From positions 4,251-68,250 of the forward strand of contig JBJTCK010000105.1 of NCBI GenBank assembly GCA_046091825.1: a DNA stretch of 64,000 nucleotides, written 5' to 3'. The notes below the pieces were generated by a model. The model ran no database searches. It saw only the letters and a list, made by a program, of their open reading frames with translations, and had not been told where the DNA came from. Source of the stretch: Actinomycetota bacterium (GTDB lineage: Bacteria > Actinomycetota > Acidimicrobiia > Acidimicrobiales > Ilumatobacteraceae). The translations under genes were made by a program, and so were the position numbers. Positions 31,197 to 41,496 of the stretch are shown here, in pieces; positions within the stretch are counted from its first letter, which is position 1, and each line of letters starts with the position of its first letter.

Positions 31197-31759
31197 CAGA
31201 CGCGGGTGATGTAGTCGCCGGTGCGGGTGTCGACCTTGACCTTGTCGCCGGGGTTGACGAACAACGGCACCTGGATGACCTTGCCGGTCTCGAGTGTGGC
31301 CGGCTTGCGGGCGCCGCTCACGCGGTCACCCTGCACGCCGGGTTCGGTCTCGGCGATCGTGAGCTCGGCCGACGCGGGGATCTCGACGGACACGATCTCG
31401 CCCTGATAGGTCGCGATGATCGCCACCGCCGACTCGATGAGGTAGTCGGCTGCGTCCCCGAGGGCAGCAGGCCGGACAGTCGTCTGGTCGTAGGACTCGG
31501 TGTCCATGAACACGAAATCGTCGCCGTCCTTGTAGAGGAACTGCATGTCGCGCTTCTCGAGGATGGCCTGCTCCACCTTGATACCGGCGTTGAAGGTCTT
31601 CTCGAGGAGGTTCCCGTTGCGGAGGTTGCGCAGCTTCGTCCGCACGAAGGCGCCTCCCTTGCCGGGCTTGACATGCTGGAACTCGACGACCGTGAACAGG
31701 CCGTTGTCGAGCTCGAGGGTGATTCCGTTCTTCAGGTCGTTCGTGCTGATGGCGGGCAT
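31196..31759 (-). CDS. efp: elongation factor P
   Basis: 187 aa, [45 protein letters not shown].. Confidence 0.97.
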   Translation of the reverse strand: MPAISTNDLKNGITLELDNGLFTVVEFQHVKPGKGGAFVRTKLRNLRNGNLLEKTFNAGIKVEQAILEKRDMQFLYKDGDDFVFMDTESYDQTTVRPAALGDAADYLIESAVAIIATYQGEIVSVEIPASAELTIAETEPGVQGDRVSGARKPATLETGKVIQVPLFVNPGDKVKVDTRTGDYITRV

Positions 31760-32814
31760 GACAGTTCCTTGGGGGTGTGGGTGAGGATTCGGCAGCCGGT
31801 TGCGGTCACCTCGACGAGGTCCTCGATACGGACCCCACCGACCCCCTTACGATAGAGCCCGGGCTCCACCGTCACCACCTCCCCGGCCGACAGGACCTCG
31901 GTGCACGACGGACCCATGATCGGCTGCTCGTGGATGACCAAGCCGACACCGTGGCCGGTGCCGTGGAGGTACTCGTGCTCCACGCCGTGCTCCCGGTACA
32001 CCGCCCGGACCGCAGCGTCCACGTCGGATCCGGCGACCCCGGCCCTCACGGCGCCCAGCCCCGCAGCCTGGGCATGGGCGACGACTGCGCGCATCTCCTC
32101 GAGCTCTGGCCCGACAGTGCCGACAGCCACCGTGCGCGTCATGTCCGAGCGGTAGCCGCCGATCTCGGCGCCCATGTCGATGACCACCATGTCTCCGCCA
32201 GTGATACTGCGTCGCGAGGGTTCGTGGTGCGGGCGGGCCCCGTTCGGCCCTGATGCCACGATCGTCGGAAACGACAACCCGTCGGCGCCGAGCCGGAGCA
32301 TCTCGCTGTCGAGACGAAGCCGCACCTCTGCCTCGGTGCGCCCGCCGATCCCGTCCGCGACCACCCCCTGGAGGGCCGAGTCGGCGATCGCCGCCGCGCG
32401 CTCGATCAACGCGAGTTCGTCGGCGTCCTTGACCCTGCGGAGTGCCGCCACAGGGCACGGCCCGCGCACCACCCGGGTGCGCGAGCACAACTCGTCCATG
32501 AACGCAGCCGTCACTGCGTGCGGGTCGACGGAGACGTCGCCCCCGCCCGCTGTCGAACTGATGTCACCGAGGACCGCCGCGCCACCCTGGGTGCGCACCA
32601 CCTCGACGGCATGACCGCCTGCCTCCGCCTCGTCGGAGGCCCGCTCCACGTAGCGGCCGTCCGCAAAGAGGATGACCCGCCCCTCATGTGACACGAGCAC
32701 GGTGGCGGTGCTCCCGGAGAAACCGGTGAGCCAGCGGATGTCCTCCGCGCGGGTGACGAGCAGCCACTCCGCGGGGAAACAGCCGGCCAGGCGACGGGCC
32801 CGCGGCCCGTTCAT
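31732..32814 (-). CDS. Xaa-Pro aminopeptidase (M24 family, PepP/PepQ-like)
   Basis: Trimmed to ATG 32812-32814 (ATGA overlap with the aroQ stop). Has [31 protein letters not shown] and VVTVEPGLY. Overlaps the efp start by 28 nt. Confidence 0.88.
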   Translation of the reverse strand: MNGPRARRLAGCFPAEWLLVTRAEDIRWLTGFSGSTATVLVSHEGRVILFADGRYVERASDEAEAGGHAVEVVRTQGGAAVLGDISSTAGGGDVSVDPHAVTAAFMDELCSRTRVVRGPCPVAALRRVKDADELALIERAAAIADSALQGVVADGIGGRTEAEVRLRLDSEMLRLGADGLSFPTIVASGPNGARPHHEPSRRSITGGDMVVIDMGAEIGGYRSDMTRTVAVGTVGPELEEMRAVVAHAQAAGLGAVRAGVAGSDVDAAVRAVYREHGVEHEYLHGTGHGVGLVIHEQPIMGPSCTEVLSAGEVVTVEPGLYRKGVGGVRIEDLVEVTATGCRILTHTPKELSCPPSARTT

Positions 32815-33251
32815 CCGAGCAGTGCGACTGCCGTGTGCGCGGCCACGTCGTACCCCAGACCGCCGAATCCCGCGATGGTGCCGTTCACGACCGGGGCGAT
32901 GACACTCGTGTGACGGAAGCCCTCCCTCGCGCCGGGGTTCGAGATGTGGACCTCGATCTTCGGGCCGTCGAACGCCCGGAGCGCGTCGTGGAGCGCCCAC
33001 GAGTAGTGAGTGAGCGCGCCCGCATTGATGATGATCGCACCGTGGGCGGCGCGTGCACCCTGCACCGCGGACACGATCTCGGACTCCGAATTGGACAGGA
33101 AGGAGTCGACCGCGACACCCGCGCGTGATGCCACCGCGCGGACCCGTTCGACATGGTCGTCGACGGTGTCGGTGCCGTAGGTCGCCGGCTCGCGCTCGCC
33201 GAGGAGGTTCAGGTTCGGACCGTGGATCACGAGGATGCTGCGCGCCGGCAT
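32811..33251 (-). CDS. aroQ: 3-dehydroquinate dehydratase, type II
   Basis: Trimmed to ATG 33249-33251. 146 aa with ILVIHGPNLNLLGEREP, IIINAGALTHYS and EVHISNP. Confidence 0.95.
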   Translation of the reverse strand: MPARSILVIHGPNLNLLGEREPATYGTDTVDDHVERVRAVASRAGVAVDSFLSNSESEIVSAVQGARAAHGAIIINAGALTHYSWALHDALRAFDGPKIEVHISNPGAREGFRHTSVIAPVVNGTIAGFGGLGYDVAAHTAVALLG

Positions 33252-33283
33252 GTCTCCACGGTAGCCCCGCGGGCGTCTGCGCC

Positions 33284-34309
33284 TCAGCCGTTTTCGGCGA
33301 GGAAATCGGCGTATGCAGCCTCGATCATCTCCGTGGGCACCCCCGGCACCACCTCGAGTCCAGTGGCGGAGTCGAGCACGAACGTCAGCGAGGACAGTGC
33401 CTTCTTGTCCCTGCCCATCTCGTCGATGAGTGCGCCGACGGCGATGCCCGCCGGCATCCTCACGTCGAGCGAGTAGGTCTCCCGCACGACCGCGTAGTGC
33501 TCGGCGAGGCGTCCTGCACCTATCCGGCCCATCCTCACGCCGAGATGACCGGCGAACAGCAGGCCCAGGGCAACGGCCTCGCCGTGCGCGATCGAGTACG
33601 AGGTGAGCGATTCCACCGCGTGGGCGAGGGTGTGGCCGTAGTTCAGCAACGCCCGTGCTCCCCCCTCGCGCTCGTCGGATTCCACGATCCGCGCCTTTAT
33701 CTCGACGGCACGCGCGATCCGGTCGGCAAGCCCGAGCGACGAGAGGTCCTCGCGCGCGATGAAGTGGTACTTGGCCAGCTCGCCCATGCCGCACCGCTGC
33801 TCGCGCGCTGGCAGCGTGTCGAGGGCGTCGAGATCGCACGCGACCGCGCTCGGCTGCCAGAACGCCCCGATGAGGTTCTTTCCCTCGGGGATGTTGACCC
33901 CGGTCTTCCCCCCGACCGCGGCATCCACCATCCCGAGCAGCGACGTCGCCACGTGCATCACCGCGATGCCGCGGTGGTACGCGGAGGCGGCGAAACCGGC
34001 CACGTCCGTGACCATCCCGCCGCCCACGCCCACGATGACGTCGTTCCGGGTGAGGCCCTCCCGGGAGAACGCACGGCAGAGCGACTCCACCGTGGAGAGC
34101 GACTTGTGCTCCTCCCCGCTGCCGATCCTGTGGACGCTGGTGTCGACGCCGCCGAACGAGGGGACGAGAACCCCGGGGATGCCCTCCTGCGTGACCACGG
34201 CGACCCGGCGCACCGAAGGGTGCAGGACCCCGGCGAGCTCATGGCGCGCGCCGTTGCCCACGAACACCGGGTACGACGCATGGCCGACGTTCACGGTGAC
34301 GGTCCTCAT
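33284..34309 (-). CDS. aroB: 3-dehydroquinate synthase
   Basis: Trimmed to ATG 34307-34309 (alternative ATG at 34316-34318). Has VGVGGGMVTDVAGFAAS, GGKTGVNIPEGKNLIGAFWQP and HTLAHAVE. Confidence 0.92.
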   Translation of the reverse strand: MRTVTVNVGHASYPVFVGNGARHELAGVLHPSVRRVAVVTQEGIPGVLVPSFGGVDTSVHRIGSGEEHKSLSTVESLCRAFSREGLTRNDVIVGVGGGMVTDVAGFAASAYHRGIAVMHVATSLLGMVDAAVGGKTGVNIPEGKNLIGAFWQPSAVACDLDALDTLPAREQRCGMGELAKYHFIAREDLSSLGLADRIARAVEIKARIVESDEREGGARALLNYGHTLAHAVESLTSYSIAHGEAVALGLLFAGHLGVRMGRIGAGRLAEHYAVVRETYSLDVRMPAGIAVGALIDEMGRDKKALSSLTFVLDSATGLEVVPGVPTEMIEAAYADFLAENG

Positions 34310-34310
34310 G

Positions 34311-34871
34311 TCACCCATTCGTACCACTCCCCCCGCGCCCGGTGGCGGAGTATGCGTCGGCAACCGCACGGGCCACGTCGTCCACGCTGACGCCAGTGGT
34401 GTCGATGACCGTGTCCGCGACCTCCGCGTACAGGGGCGAACGTTCGTCGTGCAGGCGCATGAGAGTCGCCCGGGGGTCGTCGTCGAGGAGCGGCCTGTGC
34501 CCACCCCGGGACACGCGCTCCACCAGGGCTTCCGGGTCCGTCCTCAGCCACACCACCCACGCCGCACCTCTCCGCCGCGCGTCATTGATGAGAGCCCGGT
34601 TCGGTCCCCGGGTGACGACGCCGCCCGCGGCGGCGATGACTGCCCGGGACTCGCCGCCGAGCGCAGAGCGGAGTGCCTCCTCCTCGGCCGCACGGAAGGC
34701 CTCCTCGCCGTCCTGCGCGAAGATCACGCGCACGGTGCGCCCCGCGGCGTCCTCCACCATCCTGTCGGTGTCGAGCAGGACTGCATCCATGGACGCCGCG
34801 AGCCGCCGTGCGACTGCGCTCTTGCCCGACCCCATCAGGCCGACCAGCACGATGAACCTCGGGGACGCCAC
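34311..34871 (-). CDS. aroK: shikimate kinase
   Basis: 186 aa with IVLVGLMGSGKSAVARRLA (P-loop) and DTD. Confidence 0.9.
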   Translation of the reverse strand: MASPRFIVLVGLMGSGKSAVARRLAASMDAVLLDTDRMVEDAAGRTVRVIFAQDGEEAFRAAEEEALRSALGGESRAVIAAAGGVVTRGPNRALINDARRRGAAWVVWLRTDPEALVERVSRGGHRPLLDDDPRATLMRLHDERSPLYAEVADTVIDTTGVSVDDVARAVADAYSATGRGGSGTNG

Positions 34872-34875
34872 CGCG

Positions 34876-36039
34876 TCACCGCAGGGTGTTCTTGAAGGAC
34901 TCTGCGTTGGCGACGAACTCGCTCAGTGAGTCGCCGCCGAACTTGCGCTGGGCCTCCGATGCCAGCACGAGCGCGACCATCGTCTCCACGATGACACCGA
35001 GTGCCGGCACCGCCGTGACGTCGGTGCGCTCCTTGAAACTGACCGTCTCCTCCTTGGTGACGGTGTCGACGGTCTTCAATGTCGGCCTGTTCAGCGTGGC
35101 GAGCGGCTTCATCGCGGCACGCACGATGAGGGGCTCGCCGGTGGTGATGCCGCCCTCGGTGCCGCCCGAACGGTGGCCCTCGCGCACGTACCGCGAGTTC
35201 GCCGCGTCCCACATGATCGGGTCGTGCGCCTTGCTGCCGACCAGCCCGGCGACCTCGAAACCGTCGCCGATCTCGACCCCCTTCACCGCCTGGATGCTCA
35301 TCACTGCCTGGGCCAGCAGGGCGTCGATCTTGCGGTCCCAGTGAACGTGGCTGCCGAGACCGATCGGGACGCCGTGTGCGACTGCCTCCACGATCCCGCC
35401 GAGACTGTCGCCCTCACGGGCGGCGTTCTTGATCTCCGTGACCATCGCCTGCGCGGCGGCCTCGTCGGCGCAGCGCACCTCGGAGGCATCGATACGGGCG
35501 AGGTCGTCCATGGTGGGCAGCGCGCCGCCCTGCACCCGGGCCGAACCCATCTGCACGACGTGGCTGAGGATCCCCACCCCGAGGTGCGACAGCAGGAGCT
35601 TGGCGAGTGACCCCGCGGCGACGCGTGCCGCCGTCTCGCGGGCACTCGCCCGCTCGAGCACGTCACGAGCGTCGCTGAACCCGTACTTCTGCATGCCGAC
35701 GAGGTCCGCATGGCCCGGCCGGGGCTGGGTCAGCGGCGTCTCGGTGGCGCCGGGCTCCGGCGACATCTCGGCATGCCACTTGTCGCTGCGGAACCACTCG
35801 GAGTTCTGGATCTCGATGGCGACCGGCGAGCCGAGTGTGCGCCCGTGGCGCACGCCGCCCACGAGGGTGATGACGTCCTGCTCGAATCTCTGCCGGGGAC
35901 CACGCCCGTACCCGAGCCGGCGGCGGGCGAGCTCTCCCTCGATGTCCGATGCGAGCACCGGGAGGCCGGCGGGCAGGCCCTCCACGATGACGGTCAGTGC
36001 GCGGCCGTGGGATTCTCCGGCGGTCAGGTAGCGCAGCAC
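34876..36039 (-). CDS. aroC: chorismate synthase
   Basis: 387 aa, MLRYLTAGESHGRALTVIVEGLPAG.. with GRSSARETA-like RASARETAARVAAG. Confidence 0.96.
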   Translation of the reverse strand: MLRYLTAGESHGRALTVIVEGLPAGLPVLASDIEGELARRRLGYGRGPRQRFEQDVITLVGGVRHGRTLGSPVAIEIQNSEWFRSDKWHAEMSPEPGATETPLTQPRPGHADLVGMQKYGFSDARDVLERASARETAARVAAGSLAKLLLSHLGVGILSHVVQMGSARVQGGALPTMDDLARIDASEVRCADEAAAQAMVTEIKNAAREGDSLGGIVEAVAHGVPIGLGSHVHWDRKIDALLAQAVMSIQAVKGVEIGDGFEVAGLVGSKAHDPIMWDAANSRYVREGHRSGGTEGGITTGEPLIVRAAMKPLATLNRPTLKTVDTVTKEETVSFKERTDVTAVPALGVIVETMVALVLASEAQRKFGGDSLSEFVANAESFKNTLR

Positions 36040-36048
36040 CCTGTCAGG

Positions 36049-36897
36049 TTACTTGGGGCGTCGTCCCAGTTCCCTCTCTGATTCCGCGCGCATCAGCTCC
36101 GCCGGTGCCATCCGGCCGAACCAGAGTTGCTGCTGGTGGCGGGCCTGGTGGATCAGCATCCACAGGCCGTCGACGGTGCCAGCACCCCTCTTGGCGGCCT
36201 CCTCCAGCAGTGCCGTGCGCAACGGGGAGTAGACGGCGTCGAGGACGGTGAGACCCGGGTGCATCAAGGCAGGGTCCAACGGCAGTTCGCTCGTGTTCAT
36301 GCCCACCGAAGTCGCGTTCACGAGCACGTCGGCGCCGTTGACATCTTCCGGGGACCCGACCCTGGCCGCGCCGCGCGCGGCGGGGTAGGCGGACACCGCT
36401 GCCACGAGTGCCCGTGCATTGGCGTCGGACCTGTTCACCACCGAGACCTCGGCGCCCGCGGTGACGAGCGCGAGCGCGACTGCGCGGGCGGTGCCGCCCG
36501 CGCCGAGGAGGACCACCCGCGAGGAGGCGACATCGACTCCCGCGACCGCCGCGAGAGCATCACAGCATCCCCTCCCGTCGGTGTTGGAGCCGCGCAGCCT
36601 GCCGTCGTCCAGCACCGTGATGCAGTTGACCGCCCGCAGCAACGCGGCGTCGTCGTCCACCTCGTGGAGGTGCGCGATCACCGCCTCCTTGAGCGGCATC
36701 GTCACCGACAGCCCCCCGAAACCCTCTCCTGGCGCGGCCGCGAGGAACCCCCCGACTTCCTCCGCACGGCACTCGACAGCGCCATACGTCCAGTCGACCC
36801 CGAGGGAGGCGAACGACGCACGGTGGATGGCGGGAGAGAGGCTGTGCGACACCGGCGAGCCGATGACGGCCGCCCTGCGGCGCGCCTGCGCGCTCAC
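36049..36897 (-). CDS. aroE: shikimate dehydrogenase
   Basis: Trimmed to GTG 36895-36897 (GTGA overlap with the mltG stop). Has VIGSPVSHSLSPAIH, LSVTMPLKEA, NTDGRG and LGAGGTARAV. Confidence 0.9.
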   Translation of the reverse strand: MSAQARRRAAVIGSPVSHSLSPAIHRASFASLGVDWTYGAVECRAEEVGGFLAAAPGEGFGGLSVTMPLKEAVIAHLHEVDDDAALLRAVNCITVLDDGRLRGSNTDGRGCCDALAAVAGVDVASSRVVLLGAGGTARAVALALVTAGAEVSVVNRSDANARALVAAVSAYPAARGAARVGSPEDVNGADVLVNATSVGMNTSELPLDPALMHPGLTVLDAVYSPLRTALLEEAAKRGAGTVDGLWMLIHQARHQQQLWFGRMAPAELMRAESERELGRRPK

Positions 36898-38096
36898 GGG
36901 AGCAACCCCGCGGCACGCGCCTTCTCCACGTTCGCGAGGTGCTGCTCGTAGGTGGTGGCGAACGCGTGCGTCCCGTCCGCGCCGGCGACCACGTAGTACA
37001 GATACTCGCACCTGGTGCCGCCCGACAGGCCCGCACATGCCTCGTCGGACCGCGGCGGGTTGCCGGCGGGCGCCAGGGCGGCGCGTATGGACGCCCGGCC
37101 CGGGTTCGCGATCGGCGTGGGCGGCAGACCGAACCGCGTGTAGGTGTTGTACGGCCCGTCAGCCGCCTTGAGGTCCGCGAAAGAGGCCGCAGGATCCGCG
37201 CCGTAGAGGAGGGTCGCGTCGATCTCGAGCTTCATCCTCTTGTCCTTCGTCTTCGCCAGGCGGTTGTAGATCACCTGGGCGATCTTCGGCCGGTCCGCCT
37301 CCGTCTTTGCCTCGCGCTCGATCATCGATGCGATGACCAGCACCTCGTACGGGGAGTAGCCGAGCGACTTCGCGCCCGCCTCGAGGTCCTCCTGGCGCGC
37401 CACGCGCTCCATCATCGAGGCGAGACGGGCGACGACCCTGCTCTCGGTGTCGTCGCCGGAGACCTGGTACGTGTCGGGGAAGAGCAGGCCCTCCATCGAC
37501 AGCGTGCCCGCCGGCGCGAGAGCCGACGTCACGGACCCGTCCGACGCCGCCGCGAGGAAGTCCGCCACGGAGAAGAACGTCATCTTCTCCGAGAGGCGCG
37601 CGGCCATCTGCGCCACGGTGAAGCCCTCCGGGAAGGTCACGTTCACGAAGGTCTGGGCGGGAGGCGTGGAGAGGGCGTCCACGACGGAGCCGGCACTGTC
37701 CCCCGGTCTCAGCGAGTAGTAACCGGGCGACGGGGTGAGCCCCCCGCGCGACCTCACGTACCAGGAGAACAGCCTCTCGTTGCCGATGATGCCCTCGTCG
37801 TGCAGGCGCGCCACGACGTCATCAAGTGAGTCACTCTCCCCCACGGTGAAGTTCACCGCGGCCCCGGGCTCGCCGGACGGATTCAGCTGGTGGACGACCC
37901 ACAGACCGGAGAGGCCGACGAGGAGGACCGTCACGATGAGCACCGTGACGAGACTGCGCAGCGGTCCCCTGGCGCCGTCGAACGACTGCGGTTCCTCCTC
38001 GAGCGCGTCCTCGGGCAGTGCACCCGGCTCGTCCCACGGGTCAGTCACCCAGTCACCGGCGAGCAGCGGGTCATGGCCCGGGCCCGGGGTGTTCAC
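36894..38096 (-). CDS. mltG: endolytic murein transglycosylase MltG (YceG-like)
   Basis: Start taken at GTG 38094-38096 (GTGA overlap with the ruvX stop; the track start 38126 would overlap by 34 nt). Has an N-terminal TM segment, LASMIEREA-like IASMIEREA and NTYTRFGLPPTPIANPG. Confidence 0.9.
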   Translation of the reverse strand: MNTPGPGHDPLLAGDWVTDPWDEPGALPEDALEEEPQSFDGARGPLRSLVTVLIVTVLLVGLSGLWVVHQLNPSGEPGAAVNFTVGESDSLDDVVARLHDEGIIGNERLFSWYVRSRGGLTPSPGYYSLRPGDSAGSVVDALSTPPAQTFVNVTFPEGFTVAQMAARLSEKMTFFSVADFLAAASDGSVTSALAPAGTLSMEGLLFPDTYQVSGDDTESRVVARLASMMERVARQEDLEAGAKSLGYSPYEVLVIASMIEREAKTEADRPKIAQVIYNRLAKTKDKRMKLEIDATLLYGADPAASFADLKAADGPYNTYTRFGLPPTPIANPGRASIRAALAPAGNPPRSDEACAGLSGGTRCEYLYYVVAGADGTHAFATTYEQHLANVEKARAAGLLP

Positions 38097-38518
38097 GGCT
38101 TGTCCCCCGGCCGTGAGTCGAGCCACGACTGCAGGAGAATCGCAGCGGCAACCTTGTCCACCACGAGCCTCCGTTGCTTCGCGTCCAGATTCGCCTCTTT
38201 CAACGAGCGTTCGGCCGTGACGGTGGTCAGGCGCTCGTCGTGGAGGTGCACGGGAACCCCGACCACATCCTCCAGCGTGAGAGCTTCTGACTGGGCCGAC
38301 CGCGCTGCAGGGCCGCGGGAGCCGTCCATGTTGAGCGGCAGGCCCACCACCACGGCATCCGCCTCTTCCTCCCGCACGATGCGGGCGATCTCCGCATGGT
38401 CCGCGCGGCGGGACTTGGCACGTTGGATGACGAGGAGGGGCGATGCGACCGACCCGCCGCGGTCGCTCACGGCGACTCCGATCCTCTTCGTCCCGAGGTC
38501 AAGTCCGATGACGCGCAC
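38093..38518 (-). CDS. ruvX: Holliday-junction-resolvase-like nuclease RuvX (YqgF)
   Basis: 141 aa with MRVIGLDLGTKRIGVAVSD and DERLTTVTAE. Confidence 0.93.
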   Translation of the reverse strand: MRVIGLDLGTKRIGVAVSDRGGSVASPLLVIQRAKSRRADHAEIARIVREEEADAVVVGLPLNMDGSRGPAARSAQSEALTLEDVVGVPVHLHDERLTTVTAERSLKEANLDAKQRRLVVDKVAAAILLQSWLDSRPGDKP

Positions 38519-38541
38519 GCCCGAACGGTACTTGGCGGGGG

Positions 38542-41160
38542 TCAGGCGCGGGCGGAGGCCGCCCTGGCCTTCTCGCCCGCGATGCGCAGTGCCTCGTCGA
38601 TGCCGTCGGGGTCCTTGCCGCCCGCCGTGGCCACGTCACCCTTCCCGCCGCCGCCACCTCCGACGCTGCGCGCGGCCTCCTTGATGAGCTCCCCGGCCTG
38701 GACGCCCACACCCTGGCCGACGGCCGCGACGAGTGACACCCCGCCGGTGTCGGTGACCCCGCAGAGCACGACAATTGGCACACCCTGCTGGCGCACGGCG
38801 ACAGCCAGGTCGCGGAGGTCGTTCGCGGTGAGCCCGTCGATGCGCTCCACCACGGTGCCCGAGTCCGCGCGCGCGGTCAGTTCCGCGGCCCGGCCGCTCG
38901 CGAGCCGCGCCCGCAGCACCTTGACCTCGTCCTGCGCCGCGCGGAGTTCCTCGATGCGGCGCTCCACACCGCTCACGAGGTCCTCGGGTTTGGAACCCAC
39001 GAGCGCAGAGGCACGGGCGAGCACTTCGTCGTAGCCCTGCACCAGGCGAACGGTGTTGGCCCCGGTGACAGCCTCGATCCGGCGCAGGTTCGAGCCGATG
39101 CTGCCCTCCGACACGATCTTGATGGTGCCGATGTCCCCGGTGGCGGACACATGCGTGCCGCCGCACAGCTCCACCGAGCTCCCGGCGCGCAGGACCCTCA
39201 CGGTGTCGCCGTACTTGTCCCCGAAGAACGCGATTGCACCCGCGGCGAGCGCCTCCTCTTTCGACGTCTCGGACGCGTCAACGGCCGTGTTCGCGAGAAC
39301 CTCGCGGTTCGCCAGGTCCTCGATGTGCCTGATCTCCTCCGGGGTCACCGCGGCATAGTGGCTGAAGTCGAACCGCAGCCTGTCGGGCGACACGAGCGAC
39401 CCGGCCTGCTTGACGTGCTCGCCGAGCACCGTGCGCAGTGCATAGTGCAGCACGTGGGTGCCGGTGTGGTTGCGCCTGGTGGCGGCACGCGCGGCAACGT
39501 CGATCGACGCGGTCACGGATGCGCCCTCCTCGATCTCGCCACGGACGGGCCGGCACACGTGTCGCCGCAGGCCCGGGAGGGCGAACGTGGTGTCGAGCAC
39601 CTCTGCCTCGAAGTCGGCGCAGTAGATGCGGCCCGTGTCCCCCACCTGTCCGCCGCTCTCCGCGTAGAACGGGGTGTGGTCGAGGAACACCTCGAGGGTC
39701 GAGTCGTCACCCGGGACCACCGCGAGGACGGTCGACTGGGCGGTGTCATGGGTGTACCCCACGAAGTCGGTCGTGCCGTGCTGCTCCATGACGGCCCGGT
39801 AGGAGCCGACCCTGTCCTCGTCAGCGCGGCCGGACCGGCGCGCCTCCTTGGCCCGGCGGCGCTGCTCCTGCATCTCGGCGTCGAAGCCCGCGGTGTCGAC
39901 GTCCACCCCGCGCTCCGACGCGATCTCCTGGGTGAGCTCGAGGGGGAACCCGTACGTGTCGTGCAGCAGGAACGCCGACACGCCGGGGAGTACCTTGGTG
40001 CCGCCCGAGATGCCGTCCTCGAGGATGCCGAGCCCGGTCTTCAGCGTGTGGCGGAACCGCTCCTCCTCCTTGGTGAGGACGCCGAGGATGAAGTCCCTGT
40101 TCCCGTGAAGGTCCGGGTAGGCCCGGCCCATGACGTCGATGGCGACTTCGGAGAGACCGGGCATGACGAGCTTCTCGGTGCCGAGGAGGAATGCATGCCT
40201 GATCGCGCGCCTGATGATGCGCCGCAGCACGTAGCCCCGGCCCTCGTTGGACGGGAACACTCCGTCGTTGATGAGCATGGTGGAGGACCGCGCGTGCTCC
40301 GCGAGGACCCTGAGGCTGAAGCTCTCCCGGTGGCCGTAGTCACCCGCCGCGTACGCCGCACCGGTCAACGAGGCGGCCTTGTCGACGAGTGGGAAGAGCA
40401 CGTCGGTCTCCCACACGGAGTCGACGCCCTGGCGCAGCGCGAGGATGCGCTCCAGGCCGGCACCGGTGTCGATGCTGGGGCGCGGGAGCGGCGTGCGGGT
40501 GCGGTCCTGCGCCTGGTTGTACTGCATGAACACAAGGTTCCAGAACTCCATGAACCTGTCCCCGTGCGGGTCGTTCAGCGGGCCCCCGCCCGGGCCGAAC
40601 GCGGGACCCCTGTCGATGTGGATCTCGGAGCACGGCCCGCACGGCCCGGTGTCCCCGGCCTGCCAGAAGTTGTCCTTGTCGCCGAGCCTCTGGATGCGGT
40701 CCATCGGCACGCCGATCTGCTCGTGCCAGATGGCCTCCGCCTCGTCGTCGCTCTCGTGCACGGTGATCCAGAGCCGGTCGCCGTCGAACCCGAGCCGTTC
40801 CGTCACCAGGTCCCATGACCAGGGGATGGCGTCCGACTTGAAGTAGTCACCGAAGGAAAAGTTCCCGAGCATCTCGAAGAAGACCAGGTGTCGCTTCGTG
40901 CGGCCCACGTCGTCGAGGTCGTTGTGCTTGCCGCCGGCCCGCACGCACTTCTGCACGCTGACCGCCCGGGAGTACGGGGCGGCCTCGTCACCGAGGAAGT
41001 AGGGCTTGAACGGCACCATGCCGGCGACGGTGAAGAGCAGGGTCGGGTCGTGCGGGATGAGGCTGGCCGAGGGCACGACCGAGTGGGACCTCTCGGCAAA
41101 GAAGGAGGTGAAGGCACTGCGGATCTCGTCCGCGGACTGCGGTTGCCTTCCTGTCGCCAT
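38542..41160 (-). CDS. alaS: alanyl-tRNA synthetase
   Basis: 872 aa with FTVAGMVPFKPYF, RAGGKHNDLDDVG, an editing-domain HTGTHVLH motif and a C-terminal DHHA1-like GGGGGGKGDVATAGG. Confidence 0.97.
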   Translation of the reverse strand: MATGRQPQSADEIRSAFTSFFAERSHSVVPSASLIPHDPTLLFTVAGMVPFKPYFLGDEAAPYSRAVSVQKCVRAGGKHNDLDDVGRTKRHLVFFEMLGNFSFGDYFKSDAIPWSWDLVTERLGFDGDRLWITVHESDDEAEAIWHEQIGVPMDRIQRLGDKDNFWQAGDTGPCGPCSEIHIDRGPAFGPGGGPLNDPHGDRFMEFWNLVFMQYNQAQDRTRTPLPRPSIDTGAGLERILALRQGVDSVWETDVLFPLVDKAASLTGAAYAAGDYGHRESFSLRVLAEHARSSTMLINDGVFPSNEGRGYVLRRIIRRAIRHAFLLGTEKLVMPGLSEVAIDVMGRAYPDLHGNRDFILGVLTKEEERFRHTLKTGLGILEDGISGGTKVLPGVSAFLLHDTYGFPLELTQEIASERGVDVDTAGFDAEMQEQRRRAKEARRSGRADEDRVGSYRAVMEQHGTTDFVGYTHDTAQSTVLAVVPGDDSTLEVFLDHTPFYAESGGQVGDTGRIYCADFEAEVLDTTFALPGLRRHVCRPVRGEIEEGASVTASIDVAARAATRRNHTGTHVLHYALRTVLGEHVKQAGSLVSPDRLRFDFSHYAAVTPEEIRHIEDLANREVLANTAVDASETSKEEALAAGAIAFFGDKYGDTVRVLRAGSSVELCGGTHVSATGDIGTIKIVSEGSIGSNLRRIEAVTGANTVRLVQGYDEVLARASALVGSKPEDLVSGVERRIEELRAAQDEVKVLRARLASGRAAELTARADSGTVVERIDGLTANDLRDLAVAVRQQGVPIVVLCGVTDTGGVSLVAAVGQGVGVQAGELIKEAARSVGGGGGGKGDVATAGGKDPDGIDEALRIAGEKARAASARA

Positions 41161-41172
41161 GGAAGGTCGAGC

Positions 41173-41496
41173 CTACCTGTGGGTGCTGCGCGGCTGCGGC
41201 GCACTATGGCGCCGCTGCCCTGTCGATGCCGCTGTCGACGTGGTCGTGGAAGGCGCGGGCGTGCCGGGTCCGTCACCCGGGTTGTGCCCGCCCGTCACGT
41301 AGCCGGTCACGACGGCGAGGAGAACCGTGAGCCTCTGCCACAGCGCGACAGCCGTCCGTGCACCCAGACGCGCGATGGACTCAACTGTGATCGCCTCGCG
41401 CAGCTCATCGGTCTTGCGCCGCGCCCAGGAGACGCCGAGCACCCCGCAGACCATCCCGAGGACGAACCAGAACGCGCGCCTAAACATCGTCCTCAC
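41173..41496 (-). CDS. small hypothetical membrane-anchored protein
   Basis: 107 aa with an N-terminal hydrophobic segment FWFVLGMVCGVLGVSW and a low-complexity P/T/S tail. It fills the rarA-alaS gap. I recognise no family. Confidence 0.4.
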   Translation of the reverse strand: MRTMFRRAFWFVLGMVCGVLGVSWARRKTDELREAITVESIARLGARTAVALWQRLTVLLAVVTGYVTGGHNPGDGPGTPAPSTTTSTAASTGQRRHSAPQPRSTHR